Origin: Flavobacteriales bacterium
GTDB lineage: Bacteria > Bacteroidota > Bacteroidia > Flavobacteriales_F > PHOS-HE28
Direction: 5' to 3'
DNA: 64,000 nt
Assembly: GCA_038234075.1 (NCBI GenBank)
Contig: JBBSUV010000015.1
Coordinates: 470 to 64,469 of the forward strand
A program made the translations under genes and the position numbers. Shown piece by piece: positions 26,487 through 34,953 of the stretch. The notes under the pieces are model-generated. The model was not told the DNA's origin. It did not search any database and saw only the letters and a program-made list of their open reading frames with translations. Within the stretch, counting starts at the first letter, position 1. Each line of letters opens with the position of its first letter.

Positions 26487-27602
26487 TTACCGGTTGGCGC
26501 GCAGACTTTTCCACACCCGATCGGCCACATGTGCTGAAGCGCCCGGCCCGCCGAGCTTTTCGCGGAGCTCGTGGAGGTCCGCCAGCATCCTGCTCCGGTA
26601 GGTCTCATCATTAAGTAGTCGGTCCAGTTCCTTGCGGAGTTCTTTGGGCGCCATGTCGCTTTGGATGAGCTCTCGGACCACTTCGCGGCCCATGATCAGG
26701 TTCACCAAGGAGATGAAGGGAACCTTGATAAAACGCTTCGCCAGCCACACGTTCACCGCCCCACCTCCGTAGCAGACCGCTTCCGGCGTGCCGATGAGCG
26801 CGGCTTCCAAGGTGGCCGTGCCGCTGGTGACCAGTGCGGCCTTCGCCGTCTTGAGCAGTGCATAGGTGCCGTTGCCGACGAGTTCCACGCGGAGATCACC
26901 GATAATGCTGAGGTACAATGTTTCAGGAACGGAGGGCGCTGCCGCCACCTTGAAGTCCACCTCCGGAAAATGCTTCACAGTGCTGAGCATCACGGGCAAC
27001 ATGCGCGTGATCTCCTGGATGCGACTACCGGGAAGCAGTGCCACCACAGGCTTCGCGCCCTCGGTGCCCGGATGTTCCTCCGAGTGGACGGGCAAGGCGT
27101 CCAACAGTGGATGACCCAGGAACGCCACCTCCATGCCATGCTCCGCGTACCACTGTTTCTCGAAGGGCAGGATCACATACATGTGATCCACGTTCCGCTT
27201 GATGGCCTTCACCCGGCCGGCCTTCCATGCCCACACCTGCGGACTGATATAGTAGATCACCTTGATCCCATGCGCGTGGGCGAACTCCGCGATGCGCAGG
27301 TTGAAGCCGGGGTAGTCGATAAGGATGATCGCATCGGGTTTGAACGCGAGGATGTCCTCCTTGCAGTCCTTGATGTTGCGCAGGATGGTGCGCAGGTTGA
27401 TCAACACCTGCGTGAAGCCCATGAAGGCCAGATCGCGGTAATGCTTGACGACTTCGGCACCGGCGGCCTGCATGTGATCACCGCCCCAAGCACGCACCTT
27501 CAGTTCCTCCTGCCCGGCTTGGGCGAAGAGCGCGCGCACCAAGTTGCCGCCGTGGAGATCGCCACTGGCCTCTCCGGCGATCACATAAAGTCTCTTCCCC
27601 AT
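26487..27602 (-). CDS. lpxB: Lipid-A-disaccharide synthase
   Basis: IAGEASGDLHG, IDYPGFN, SPQVWAW, GHPLLD, LLPGSR, SGTATLE. Confidence 0.96.
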   Translation of the reverse strand: MGKRLYVIAGEASGDLHGGNLVRALFAQAGQEELKVRAWGGDHMQAAGAEVVKHYRDLAFMGFTQVLINLRTILRNIKDCKEDILAFKPDAIILIDYPGFNLRIAEFAHAHGIKVIYYISPQVWAWKAGRVKAIKRNVDHMYVILPFEKQWYAEHGMEVAFLGHPLLDALPVHSEEHPGTEGAKPVVALLPGSRIQEITRMLPVMLSTVKHFPEVDFKVAAAPSVPETLYLSIIGDLRVELVGNGTYALLKTAKAALVTSGTATLEAALIGTPEAVCYGGGAVNVWLAKRFIKVPFISLVNLIMGREVVRELIQSDMAPKELRKELDRLLNDETYRSRMLADLHELREKLGGPGASAHVADRVWKSLRANR

Positions 27603-27901
27603 AGCAACAGCAACAACACGATCACAGCGCCATACACGAACATCGCGCCGATGACCCCGCGCATGGCCTTGAGCATCCGCCGTTGGTCGAATGCGAAGAA
27701 GAGCACCACATCCGCCAAAAGGCTCAGCGACAGCACCGGTGCGATGTTCCCCCGGATCCCGAAGACCATGCCCCGGAGAAACCAGCCCAGCTCAAGCTCT
27801 GGCCGAAAAACGGTCACTGTGAGCACTGAATACAGGAACAGACCGACCAATGGGGCGATCAGTCCAGCGATCACGCCTGTTCTTACGTTGTCAAAGCGCA
27901 T
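27581..27901 (-). CDS. Hypothetical membrane protein (3 TM)
   Basis: Overlaps surE stop and lpxB start, consistent with an operon; hydrophobic. Confidence 0.75.
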   Translation of the reverse strand: MRFDNVRTGVIAGLIAPLVGLFLYSVLTVTVFRPELELGWFLRGMVFGIRGNIAPVLSLSLLADVVLFFAFDQRRMLKAMRGVIGAMFVYGAVIVLLLLLWGRDFM

Positions 27902-28670
27902 GATCCCAGGTCTTGATGACCTCCACTTCGTGATGGGCCGTCATATCGAATTGGACGGGTACCACACTGGCGTAGCCATTTTCTGTGGCCCATACATCGG
28001 TATCCTCACCCTTGTCGTTGGCTATGAACATGCCTTTGAGCCAATGGTATTCGTGACCAGCAGGGTCCTTGCGTGTTTCGACGGCATCTTCCCAGCGCCC
28101 CAGCGCCTGCCTGCACACCCGGATCCCTTTGAGCGGACCGGCGGTTGCCGCAGGTATGTTCACGTTGAGGCAGTATCCCGCTCCCAAGCCATTCTTCAGC
28201 ACATTGGCGGTGACGGAACGCACCACGGCACGTGTATGCTCAAAGGGGGCGTCAATGCCATAATCCATCAAGGAGAACCCGATGCTGGGGATGTCTTCCA
28301 GCGCACCTTCCACCGCCGCGCTCATGGTGCCGCTGTACAGCACGTTGATGCTGAGGTTGCTACCGTGGTTGATCCCGCTGACCAATAACGCAGGGCGCCC
28401 CTTGATGATGTGGTACACCGCGAGTTTCACGCAATCCACGGGTGTGCCGGTACAACTGTATGCCTTCACCCCTTCCATGAACTCCACCTCGCGGAGGCGG
28501 AGGAAGTTGTGGATGGTGATGGCATGGCCCATGGCGCTTTGCGGCTTGTCCGGTGCCACCACGAGTACTTCCCCGAAGGCTTTCATCTCTTCCGCGAGCG
28601 TCCGGATGCCGGGTGCGAAAATGCCATCATCGTTGGTGACGAGGATCAGAGGGCGATCGGTTTTCTTCAT
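27891..28670 (-). CDS. surE: 5'/3'-nucleotidase SurE
   Basis: ILVTNDDGIFAPG, GTPVDCV, VSGINHG, YSGTMSAA. Confidence 0.96.
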   Translation of the reverse strand: MKKTDRPLILVTNDDGIFAPGIRTLAEEMKAFGEVLVVAPDKPQSAMGHAITIHNFLRLREVEFMEGVKAYSCTGTPVDCVKLAVYHIIKGRPALLVSGINHGSNLSINVLYSGTMSAAVEGALEDIPSIGFSLMDYGIDAPFEHTRAVVRSVTANVLKNGLGAGYCLNVNIPAATAGPLKGIRVCRQALGRWEDAVETRKDPAGHEYHWLKGMFIANDKGEDTDVWATENGYASVVPVQFDMTAHHEVEVIKTWDHAL

Positions 28671-28698
28671 GCGGGGCCAAAGCTAAGCGGGGCTTCAA

Positions 28699-28743
28699 GA
28701 TCAGAAGATCAGACGATCAGAAGATCAGATAATGGAATGCCTT
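28699..28743 (+). repeat. (GATCAGAN)x4 followed by ATGGAATGCCTT
   Basis: Direct reading; same unit and same 12-nt tail at 52392-52460. Confidence 0.85.
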
Positions 28744-28869
28744 GGAAGCGACTTGGACGGGAACCGGTGATGGGCCACTGATGCGTGCTTCCCGCAGTGA
28801 GGAACCTGAAAGAGTTGATGGTCGCGGATCAATTGTTCCGCTGTGTGATCAAACCGCGAACTTTGGCGC

Positions 28870-29247
28870 ATGAAAAAGCCCATTTTCCCCGAAGGAGCTG
28901 CTAAGCCGATAGCCCCTTACTCGCCCGCCGTGGAGATGAACGGCATGCTATTCCTCAGTGGCCAGATCGCTTTGATCGGGAACACCGGTGAGCTGCAACT
29001 GTCCTCCATTGCAGAGGAGACGAAGCAGGTGATGGAGAATCTCGCGATGCTGTTGAACGCTTCCGGCCTGAGCTTCGAACACTTGTTGAAATGCACGATC
29101 TTCCTCAGCAGCATGGACCACTATGCCGCGGTGAACGAGGTCTACGGCAAGTACTTCGGGGATGTGCCACCGGCGCGTGAGGCCGTTGCAGTGGCCGGGC
29201 TGCCGCGCGGAGTGAACGTGGAGATCAGCGGGATCGCAATGCGATGA
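28870..29247 (+). CDS. RidA/YjgF family reactive intermediate deaminase
   Basis: PIAPYSPAV, LFLSGQI, PPAREAVAVAGLP, VEISGIA. Confidence 0.93.
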   Translation: MKKPIFPEGAAKPIAPYSPAVEMNGMLFLSGQIALIGNTGELQLSSIAEETKQVMENLAMLLNASGLSFEHLLKCTIFLSSMDHYAAVNEVYGKYFGDVPPAREAVAVAGLPRGVNVEISGIAMR

Positions 29248-29277
29248 CCCCGGATCCCAGGGGTCCTAAGAGGTGAC

Positions 29278-29745
29278 CTACTTCAACGCCTTGCGATGGA
29301 TGAAGTAGAGGTAGCACCAGTTGATGGCCAGCAAGAAGCCGAGGATGTTGAGGGCTCCCGAGCCGGCGATGAGAATGGGGACCAACATACCGAGCAGCTG
29401 TGCGCTGGTGTAGATATGGAAACCGTCCAAGTTGCCGTTCCACATGCGAAAGACGCCGACGGCCCGCGCCAATGTGCGTAATGCGAAGACAGCCATGAGC
29501 GCCACGCCGTGCGTGCGCATCACCTTCACGTAAGCGAATGCTGCTTCCTGCCGATCCGGTCCGATCATCCAGGACCAAGAGCTTTCAACGAGGTGCCGCA
29601 CCTCCTCATCCGACATTCCACGTAGCGCATAGGCTCCGATGATACCGATCAGATAGAGCGGGAATACCACTCCTTGGTTGATGAAGCTGGCCACGCAGAG
29701 CCGCGTCAGCATCACCGGCCGTGCTTCCACAGCCCCCTTGTTCAT
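29278..29745 (-). CDS. Hypothetical membrane protein
   Basis: RPVMLTRLCVASFI...VGVFRMWNGNLDGFHIY; 4 TM; start inferred. Confidence 0.75.
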   Translation of the reverse strand: MNKGAVEARPVMLTRLCVASFINQGVVFPLYLIGIIGAYALRGMSDEEVRHLVESSWSWMIGPDRQEAAFAYVKVMRTHGVALMAVFALRTLARAVGVFRMWNGNLDGFHIYTSAQLLGMLVPILIAGSGALNILGFLLAINWCYLYFIHRKALK

Positions 29746-29771
29746 TTCTTGTTCCACCGCGCTAAGCAACG

Positions 29772-29802
29772 AAAAAAGCCCCCGACCGCGTCGGGGGCTT
29801 TT
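29772..29802 (-). terminator. Intrinsic terminator
   Basis: AAAAAAGCCCCCGAC-CGC-GTCGGGGGCTTTT (plus-strand reading); U6 tail on minus strand. Confidence 0.85.
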
Positions 29803-29820
29803 CAATGAGGATAGGACAAC

Positions 29821-30327
29821 CTAGTGCATGTGCTTCAGGTTCACAGCGTAAAGAATGACGAAGATGATGGAGAAGAAGCCCACAAACCCAACGCTGGCCA
29901 AAGCGAGCCAACCACCTCCCAGAAAAATGAGAGGCACCGCAAGTCCGCCGATCGTCGCGAGCAAGTAGAGCCAGAACCCGTTCTTCTTGAGGTTCCACAT
30001 CAACCAAACACCGAATACGCTGAGGAGGGAGAGAACGATCCCTGCGATCCCAATGGACTTTGCGTTCTCGATCCCTTTCACTCCGACCTCATGCGCTGAC
30101 TCCATCAGGCGGGTGGTCATTTCATTGGAATTGTCACCGATCTTAGCCACCTGCTCGGTCATGGTCTGCTCCAATTTTGCCCTCTCGGCGACCGGATCCA
30201 TGGTCAAATTCGTTACCCCGCTGTAGATCCCGATCGCTCCCATAATGAAGCTGATGATGCAGATCACCGTAAGCAGGGTAGGTCGGGCCGGTGCAGCGCC
30301 CATGGTGGAAGTGTTGGTTTCGTTCAT
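29821..30327 (-). CDS. Hypothetical membrane protein (paralog of the downstream gene)
   Basis: RPTLLTVICIISFI...FGVWLMWNLKKNGFWLY; ATG at 30327 (the ORF-track extension is antisense to lpdA). Confidence 0.8.
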   Translation of the reverse strand: MNETNTSTMGAAPARPTLLTVICIISFIMGAIGIYSGVTNLTMDPVAERAKLEQTMTEQVAKIGDNSNEMTTRLMESAHEVGVKGIENAKSIGIAGIVLSLLSVFGVWLMWNLKKNGFWLYLLATIGGLAVPLIFLGGGWLALASVGFVGFFSIIFVILYAVNLKHMH

Positions 30328-30579
30328 GCCTATGTGGATTTTTGGTTGGCTCGAAAATAGCGGCCATGGCGGGCCATGGCTCGATTGAAGCCTCGGAATA
30401 TCGCCGAGTGATCGTTGATAACCAAGCGACATTGAGCAATGACGCGGGTTGTGCACCATAAGCCTTGGAACGACCGGGATCCGTAATTCAACGAGGAACA
30501 TCCGCCTTCGCGCTGTCGGGCTAACTTCGCGCCGCGCCTGTTCAAGGCGAGCAAAACCAACAAATCCTATTCTGAGCAC

Positions 30580-31968
30580 ATGACCTATGATGTGATCGTT
30601 CTCGGCAGCGGGCCCGGCGGCTATGTGGCCGCCATCCGCGCCAGCCAATTGGGCCTGAAAACGGCCATCGTTGAAAAAGAGTCCTTGGGCGGCATCTGCC
30701 TGAACTGGGGCTGCATTCCCACCAAGGCCCTCATCAAGAGCGCCAACGTGTTCGAGTACATCAACCATGCGAAGGACTACGGCATCACCGTTGGTGCGCC
30801 TACCGCCGACTTCAAAGCGATCGTGCAACGCAGCCGTGATGTGGCCAAAGGCATGAGCAACGGAGTGCAGTTCCTGATGAAGAAGAACAAGATCGACGTG
30901 GTGATGGGCACCGGCATACTGAAGCCAGGGAAGAAGATCGAGGTGACGGGCGCAGACGGCAAGAAGCAGACCCTGGAGGGCAAGCACATCATCATCGCCA
31001 CCGGCGCGCGCAGCCGTGAGCTGCCCGCACTGAAGCAGGACGGCAAGAAGGTGATCGGCTACCGCGAGGCCGTGTCATTGCCAGAACAGCCGAAGAGTAT
31101 GGTGGTTGTAGGCAGCGGCGCCATCGGCAGTGAGTTCGCCTATTTCTACAATGCCCTTGGCACTAAGATCACCTTGGTGGAATTCATGCCCAATGTGGTA
31201 CCTGTGGAGGACGAGGACGTGAGCAATCAGCTCGAGAAGAGCTTCAAGAAGCAGGGCATCGATGTGATGACCTCCAGCGAAGTGACGAAAGTGGACACTT
31301 CCGGCAAAGGCTGCAAAGTGACCGTAAAAACCCCGAAGGGCGACCAGACCATCGAATGCGACATCGTGCTGAGCGCGGTGGGCATCGTTTGCAACATCGA
31401 GGGCATCGGCTTGGAGGAAGTGGGCATCGTGACGGATAAGGGCAAGATCACCGTGGACGGCTTCAGTGCCACGAACATCCCGGGCTATTACGCCATCGGT
31501 GACGTCACTCCCGGCCAAGCACTCGCGCATGTGGCGAGTGCGGAAGGCATCATCTGCGTGGAAAAGATCGCCGGCAAGAACCCGGAAAAGCTGGATTACA
31601 ACAACATCCCGGGCTGCACCTACTGCTCGCCGGAGATAGCCAGTGTGGGCTATACCGAGAAGGCCGCCAAGGAAAAGGGCTATGAGCTGAAGATCGGCAA
31701 GTTCCCCTTCTCGGCCAGCGGTAAGGCCGCCGCCGCCGGGGCGAAGGACGGCTTCGTAAAACTGATCTTCGACGCCAAATATGGCGAGCTGTTGGGTGCG
31801 CACATGATCGGCATGAACGTAACAGAGATGATCGCAGAATGCGTGGCCATGCGGAAGCTGGAGACCACCGGGCACGAGATCATCAAGACCGTTCACCCTC
31901 ACCCCACCATGAGCGAGGCCATCATGGAGGCGGCCGCTGCGGCATACGGCGAGGTGATCCACCTGTAG
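30580..31968 (+). CDS. lpdA: Dihydrolipoyl dehydrogenase
   Basis: GSGPGGYVAA, GGICLNWGCIPTK, C-terminal HPHPTMSE. Confidence 0.97.
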   Translation: MTYDVIVLGSGPGGYVAAIRASQLGLKTAIVEKESLGGICLNWGCIPTKALIKSANVFEYINHAKDYGITVGAPTADFKAIVQRSRDVAKGMSNGVQFLMKKNKIDVVMGTGILKPGKKIEVTGADGKKQTLEGKHIIIATGARSRELPALKQDGKKVIGYREAVSLPEQPKSMVVVGSGAIGSEFAYFYNALGTKITLVEFMPNVVPVEDEDVSNQLEKSFKKQGIDVMTSSEVTKVDTSGKGCKVTVKTPKGDQTIECDIVLSAVGIVCNIEGIGLEEVGIVTDKGKITVDGFSATNIPGYYAIGDVTPGQALAHVASAEGIICVEKIAGKNPEKLDYNNIPGCTYCSPEIASVGYTEKAAKEKGYELKIGKFPFSASGKAAAAGAKDGFVKLIFDAKYGELLGAHMIGMNVTEMIAECVAMRKLETTGHEIIKTVHPHPTMSEAIMEAAAAAYGEVIHL

Positions 31969-31996
31969 AGGCCGAAGATCTTCGGCCCCTACAGGT
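31961..31996. repeat. 36-bp near-perfect GTAG-type REP-like palindrome overlapping the lpdA stop
   Basis: ACCTGTAGAGGCCGAAGA|TCTTCGGCCCCTACAGGT, one mismatch. Confidence 0.7.
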
Positions 31997-32016
31997 CGAC
32001 ACACGGGCAACATCGA

Positions 32017-32856
32017 ATGAACACCTTGGCATTCAACGCTCCGGAAGAAGAAGGACGGGTGACCCGGTTTTTCGATCGACTAGCGCCTGAATACGGGGAG
32101 CGTTACGATGGAAAGGAGCGCTTCCACGACCACTTCTTCCAGGAACGCAGGGAAAAGGCCGTGCGCGGCCTGGATCTGGCCGACCGGGATGTGCTCGACA
32201 TCGGGAGCGGCACGGGTGACCTGTATGCCAAGCTGATCACCCGGTTCCCGGACATGCGCTTCCTGGCCGCCGACATCAGTGCAGGCATGCTCGCCCGCAG
32301 CAAGGTACCAGTGGGCCAACGGATCCTCGGCCATGCCTACGATCACGACTTCGGCGATCGCCGTTTCCATGCCATCTTCATGCTTGGCGTGTCCACATAC
32401 ATGGACCGGCAGGAATTGGAGAAGAACCTCGCTTTCGCCGCCCGCCATCTCGCCCCTGGCGGCACCTTCACGGCCACCTTCACCAACAAGCACGCACTGG
32501 ACTCCTGGACCCGTTCCCTTTCCCGCCTGCCCTTGCGACTTTTCCGTGAAGGGGGGCATGTACTGACCAGCGGACTGCGTATCCACAGCTATGGTTTTCG
32601 GGAAGCGAGCGCGCTCGTGGAACATCATTTCACCATCAAGGGCTGGGACCTCCTGAACCACACCGTATTTCCGATGAACCGGCTGCTGCCGCGCCTGTCC
32701 GTCCGTTTGGCCCGTAGCCTCGCCGGTCGCAAAGGGACAGCGATGTGGCTCCGGTTCCTTAGTTCAGACCTGATGGTCCGTGCCGAAGGCCGACCTTTGT
32801 ACTCACATTCTTCAGGTCGGGAAGGCAACCAAGCGGATCCTGAACGTCTACTATGA
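32017..32856 (+). CDS. Class I SAM-dependent methyltransferase
   Basis: VLDIGSGTG, ADISAGML, LAPGG motifs. Confidence 0.85.
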   Translation: MNTLAFNAPEEEGRVTRFFDRLAPEYGERYDGKERFHDHFFQERREKAVRGLDLADRDVLDIGSGTGDLYAKLITRFPDMRFLAADISAGMLARSKVPVGQRILGHAYDHDFGDRRFHAIFMLGVSTYMDRQELEKNLAFAARHLAPGGTFTATFTNKHALDSWTRSLSRLPLRLFREGGHVLTSGLRIHSYGFREASALVEHHFTIKGWDLLNHTVFPMNRLLPRLSVRLARSLAGRKGTAMWLRFLSSDLMVRAEGRPLYSHSSGREGNQADPERLL

Positions 32857-32914
32857 AGCAGCCCTAGTCGCGAACGAGTGCCCCTTTCCGGCGATCGTTT
32901 CTTCAAGATCACAA

Positions 32915-34141
32915 ATGCCCCGTATCCTCCACATCAATAACCGCTTCAATCTGGGCGGCCCCACCCATAATCTGGCCTATCTGGCGAGGTACATGCCTCC
33001 CGGCTTCGAGACCCTTTTGGTGGGCGGCCCCCCGGAAGGCACGGAGGAAAGCAGCACCCATATTCTTTCCGAACTGGGTGTGGAGGCCATCATCCTCCCG
33101 GAAATGTGCCGGGCCATATCCCCGTCCCGCGATCTGAGCGCCTATCGTCGCATCAAGCAGGTGATCAAGGACTTCAAGCCGGACATCGTTCATACCCATG
33201 CTGCCAAGGCCGGTGCCGTGGGGCGGATGGCAGCGTACGACCTCGGTGTAAAAGGCATCGTCCATACTTTCCACGGACATGTCTTCCACAGCTATTTCGG
33301 ACCGGTACGCACCTCGGTCTTCAAGAACGTGGAGCGTTTTCTGGCTGCGCGGTCCTCGCAGATCATCGCTATCAGCGAACGCCAGAAGATCGAACTGGTC
33401 GAGGAGCATAGGATCTGCGGTGCAGACAAGGTGAGCGTGATACCGCTGGGTTTCGACCTGAGCAAGTTCCGAGAGGGCCAGGATGTGAAGCGGGCCTTGT
33501 TCCGCCGCGTCTATGGCGTGGCCGATGACGAGGTGGCCATCGGCATCGTGGGTCGTTTGGTGCCGGTGAAGAACCACGCGCTTTTCCTGAAGGGGATGAA
33601 GCATGTGCGCGACCACACCGGGAAAAAGGTGCGGGCCTTCGTTGTCGGCGATGGTGAAGAGCGGGAGAACATCCAGCGTGCGGCCTCGGAAATGGGTCTC
33701 AGCATGGCGCATGCCCGTAGCTTCAACGGCAGTGGTTTCGGCCATGGCGTGAACGGCAAACCTATTGTGGACCGTGCTGACATCACTTTTACCAGCTGGG
33801 TGCGTGAGATCGACATCGTGCATGCCGGGGTTGACGCAGTCGCCTTGACGAGCTTCAACGAGGGTACACCGGTAAGTCTGATCGAGGCGCAGGCGGCGGA
33901 CCGTGCAGTAGTAAGCACCCGTGTGGGCGGGATCGAGAACGTGGTGAAGGATGGCGTGACCGGCCTGCTCAGCGCCAACAATGATGCACAGTCCTTTGGC
34001 GAGAACCTGCTGCGATTGGTGGATGATGCCGCCTTGCGTGCCCGTTTGTCATCGGCAGGATGGGCCCATGTGGGGGAGCGCTACCACTATTCACGCCTCA
34101 TCAAGGACACGGCCGAGCTCTATCAAAGGCTGATCGCCTGA
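32915..34141 (+). CDS. Glycosyltransferase family 4
   Basis: PDIVHTHAAKAG, VGRLVPVKNH, SFNEGTPVSLIEAQAA; ATG at 32915. Confidence 0.92.
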   Translation: MPRILHINNRFNLGGPTHNLAYLARYMPPGFETLLVGGPPEGTEESSTHILSELGVEAIILPEMCRAISPSRDLSAYRRIKQVIKDFKPDIVHTHAAKAGAVGRMAAYDLGVKGIVHTFHGHVFHSYFGPVRTSVFKNVERFLAARSSQIIAISERQKIELVEEHRICGADKVSVIPLGFDLSKFREGQDVKRALFRRVYGVADDEVAIGIVGRLVPVKNHALFLKGMKHVRDHTGKKVRAFVVGDGEERENIQRAASEMGLSMAHARSFNGSGFGHGVNGKPIVDRADITFTSWVREIDIVHAGVDAVALTSFNEGTPVSLIEAQAADRAVVSTRVGGIENVVKDGVTGLLSANNDAQSFGENLLRLVDDAALRARLSSAGWAHVGERYHYSRLIKDTAELYQRLIA

Positions 34142-34183
34142 AGCGGAGGCCCTTTGGTTTACTTTTGCGCGAAATCAGTGGGA

Positions 34184-34942
34184 ATGGGGAGAATATCGAT
34201 CGTGTTGGCCTTGGCGATGCTCATGCTATCCGGTTGCTTGATCAACCAGAACATCATGTTCAAGACCCCGCACGACTATAAGTTCGATACCGTGTCCGAT
34301 ACCTTGGAACGCGAGTTCAAGATCCAGCCGGACGATATCCTCAGCTTCCGGATGTTCTCCAACGACGGGTTCAAGATGATCGATCTGGTGAATGACAACC
34401 AGATGAACATGAGTACCGCGAACCGGATCCAGTTCGCCTACTCTGTGGACACCGACGGTTCCACCAAGCTTCCGGTGATCGGGACCGTGCATGTTGCAGG
34501 AATGACGGTACGGGAAGCTGAATTGTCTTTGGAAAAGCAATATTCGGTGTACTATCAAAAGCCCTTTGTCCTATTAACGGTGAGCAACCGCCGCGTGGTT
34601 GTCTTTCCAGGTGGTGGTGGCGATGCGAAGATCATCCCTTTGGAAAAGAACAACACCACGATGCTTGAGGTATTGGCAAGCGCCGGTGGTCTAGCTGCAC
34701 GTGGCGATGCGCACCGGATCAAGCTCTTCCGCCGAACTACGGATGGCGGACGGAAGGTGTTCCAGTTCGACCTTTCCGACATCGACAATCTGAAATATGC
34801 TGACCTCGTGATGCAGGCGGACGATGTGGTCTACGTACAGCCGAAGGCCGAGGTCGCCAGAGGCCTGCTCCAAGAGATCACTCCGTTGATCACGCTCCTG
34901 ACCACGACGATATTGGTGATCGGCATAGCAAGGACGTTTTAA
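34184..34942 (+). CDS. wza: Polysaccharide export lipoprotein (Wza family)
   Basis: Lipobox LSGC, IQPDDIL, YSVDTDGSTKLPVIGTV, SLBB-like LASAGGL. Confidence 0.85.
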   Translation: MGRISIVLALAMLMLSGCLINQNIMFKTPHDYKFDTVSDTLEREFKIQPDDILSFRMFSNDGFKMIDLVNDNQMNMSTANRIQFAYSVDTDGSTKLPVIGTVHVAGMTVREAELSLEKQYSVYYQKPFVLLTVSNRRVVVFPGGGGDAKIIPLEKNNTTMLEVLASAGGLAARGDAHRIKLFRRTTDGGRKVFQFDLSDIDNLKYADLVMQADDVVYVQPKAEVARGLLQEITPLITLLTTTILVIGIARTF

Positions 34943-34953
34943 CGGGAACGGGC

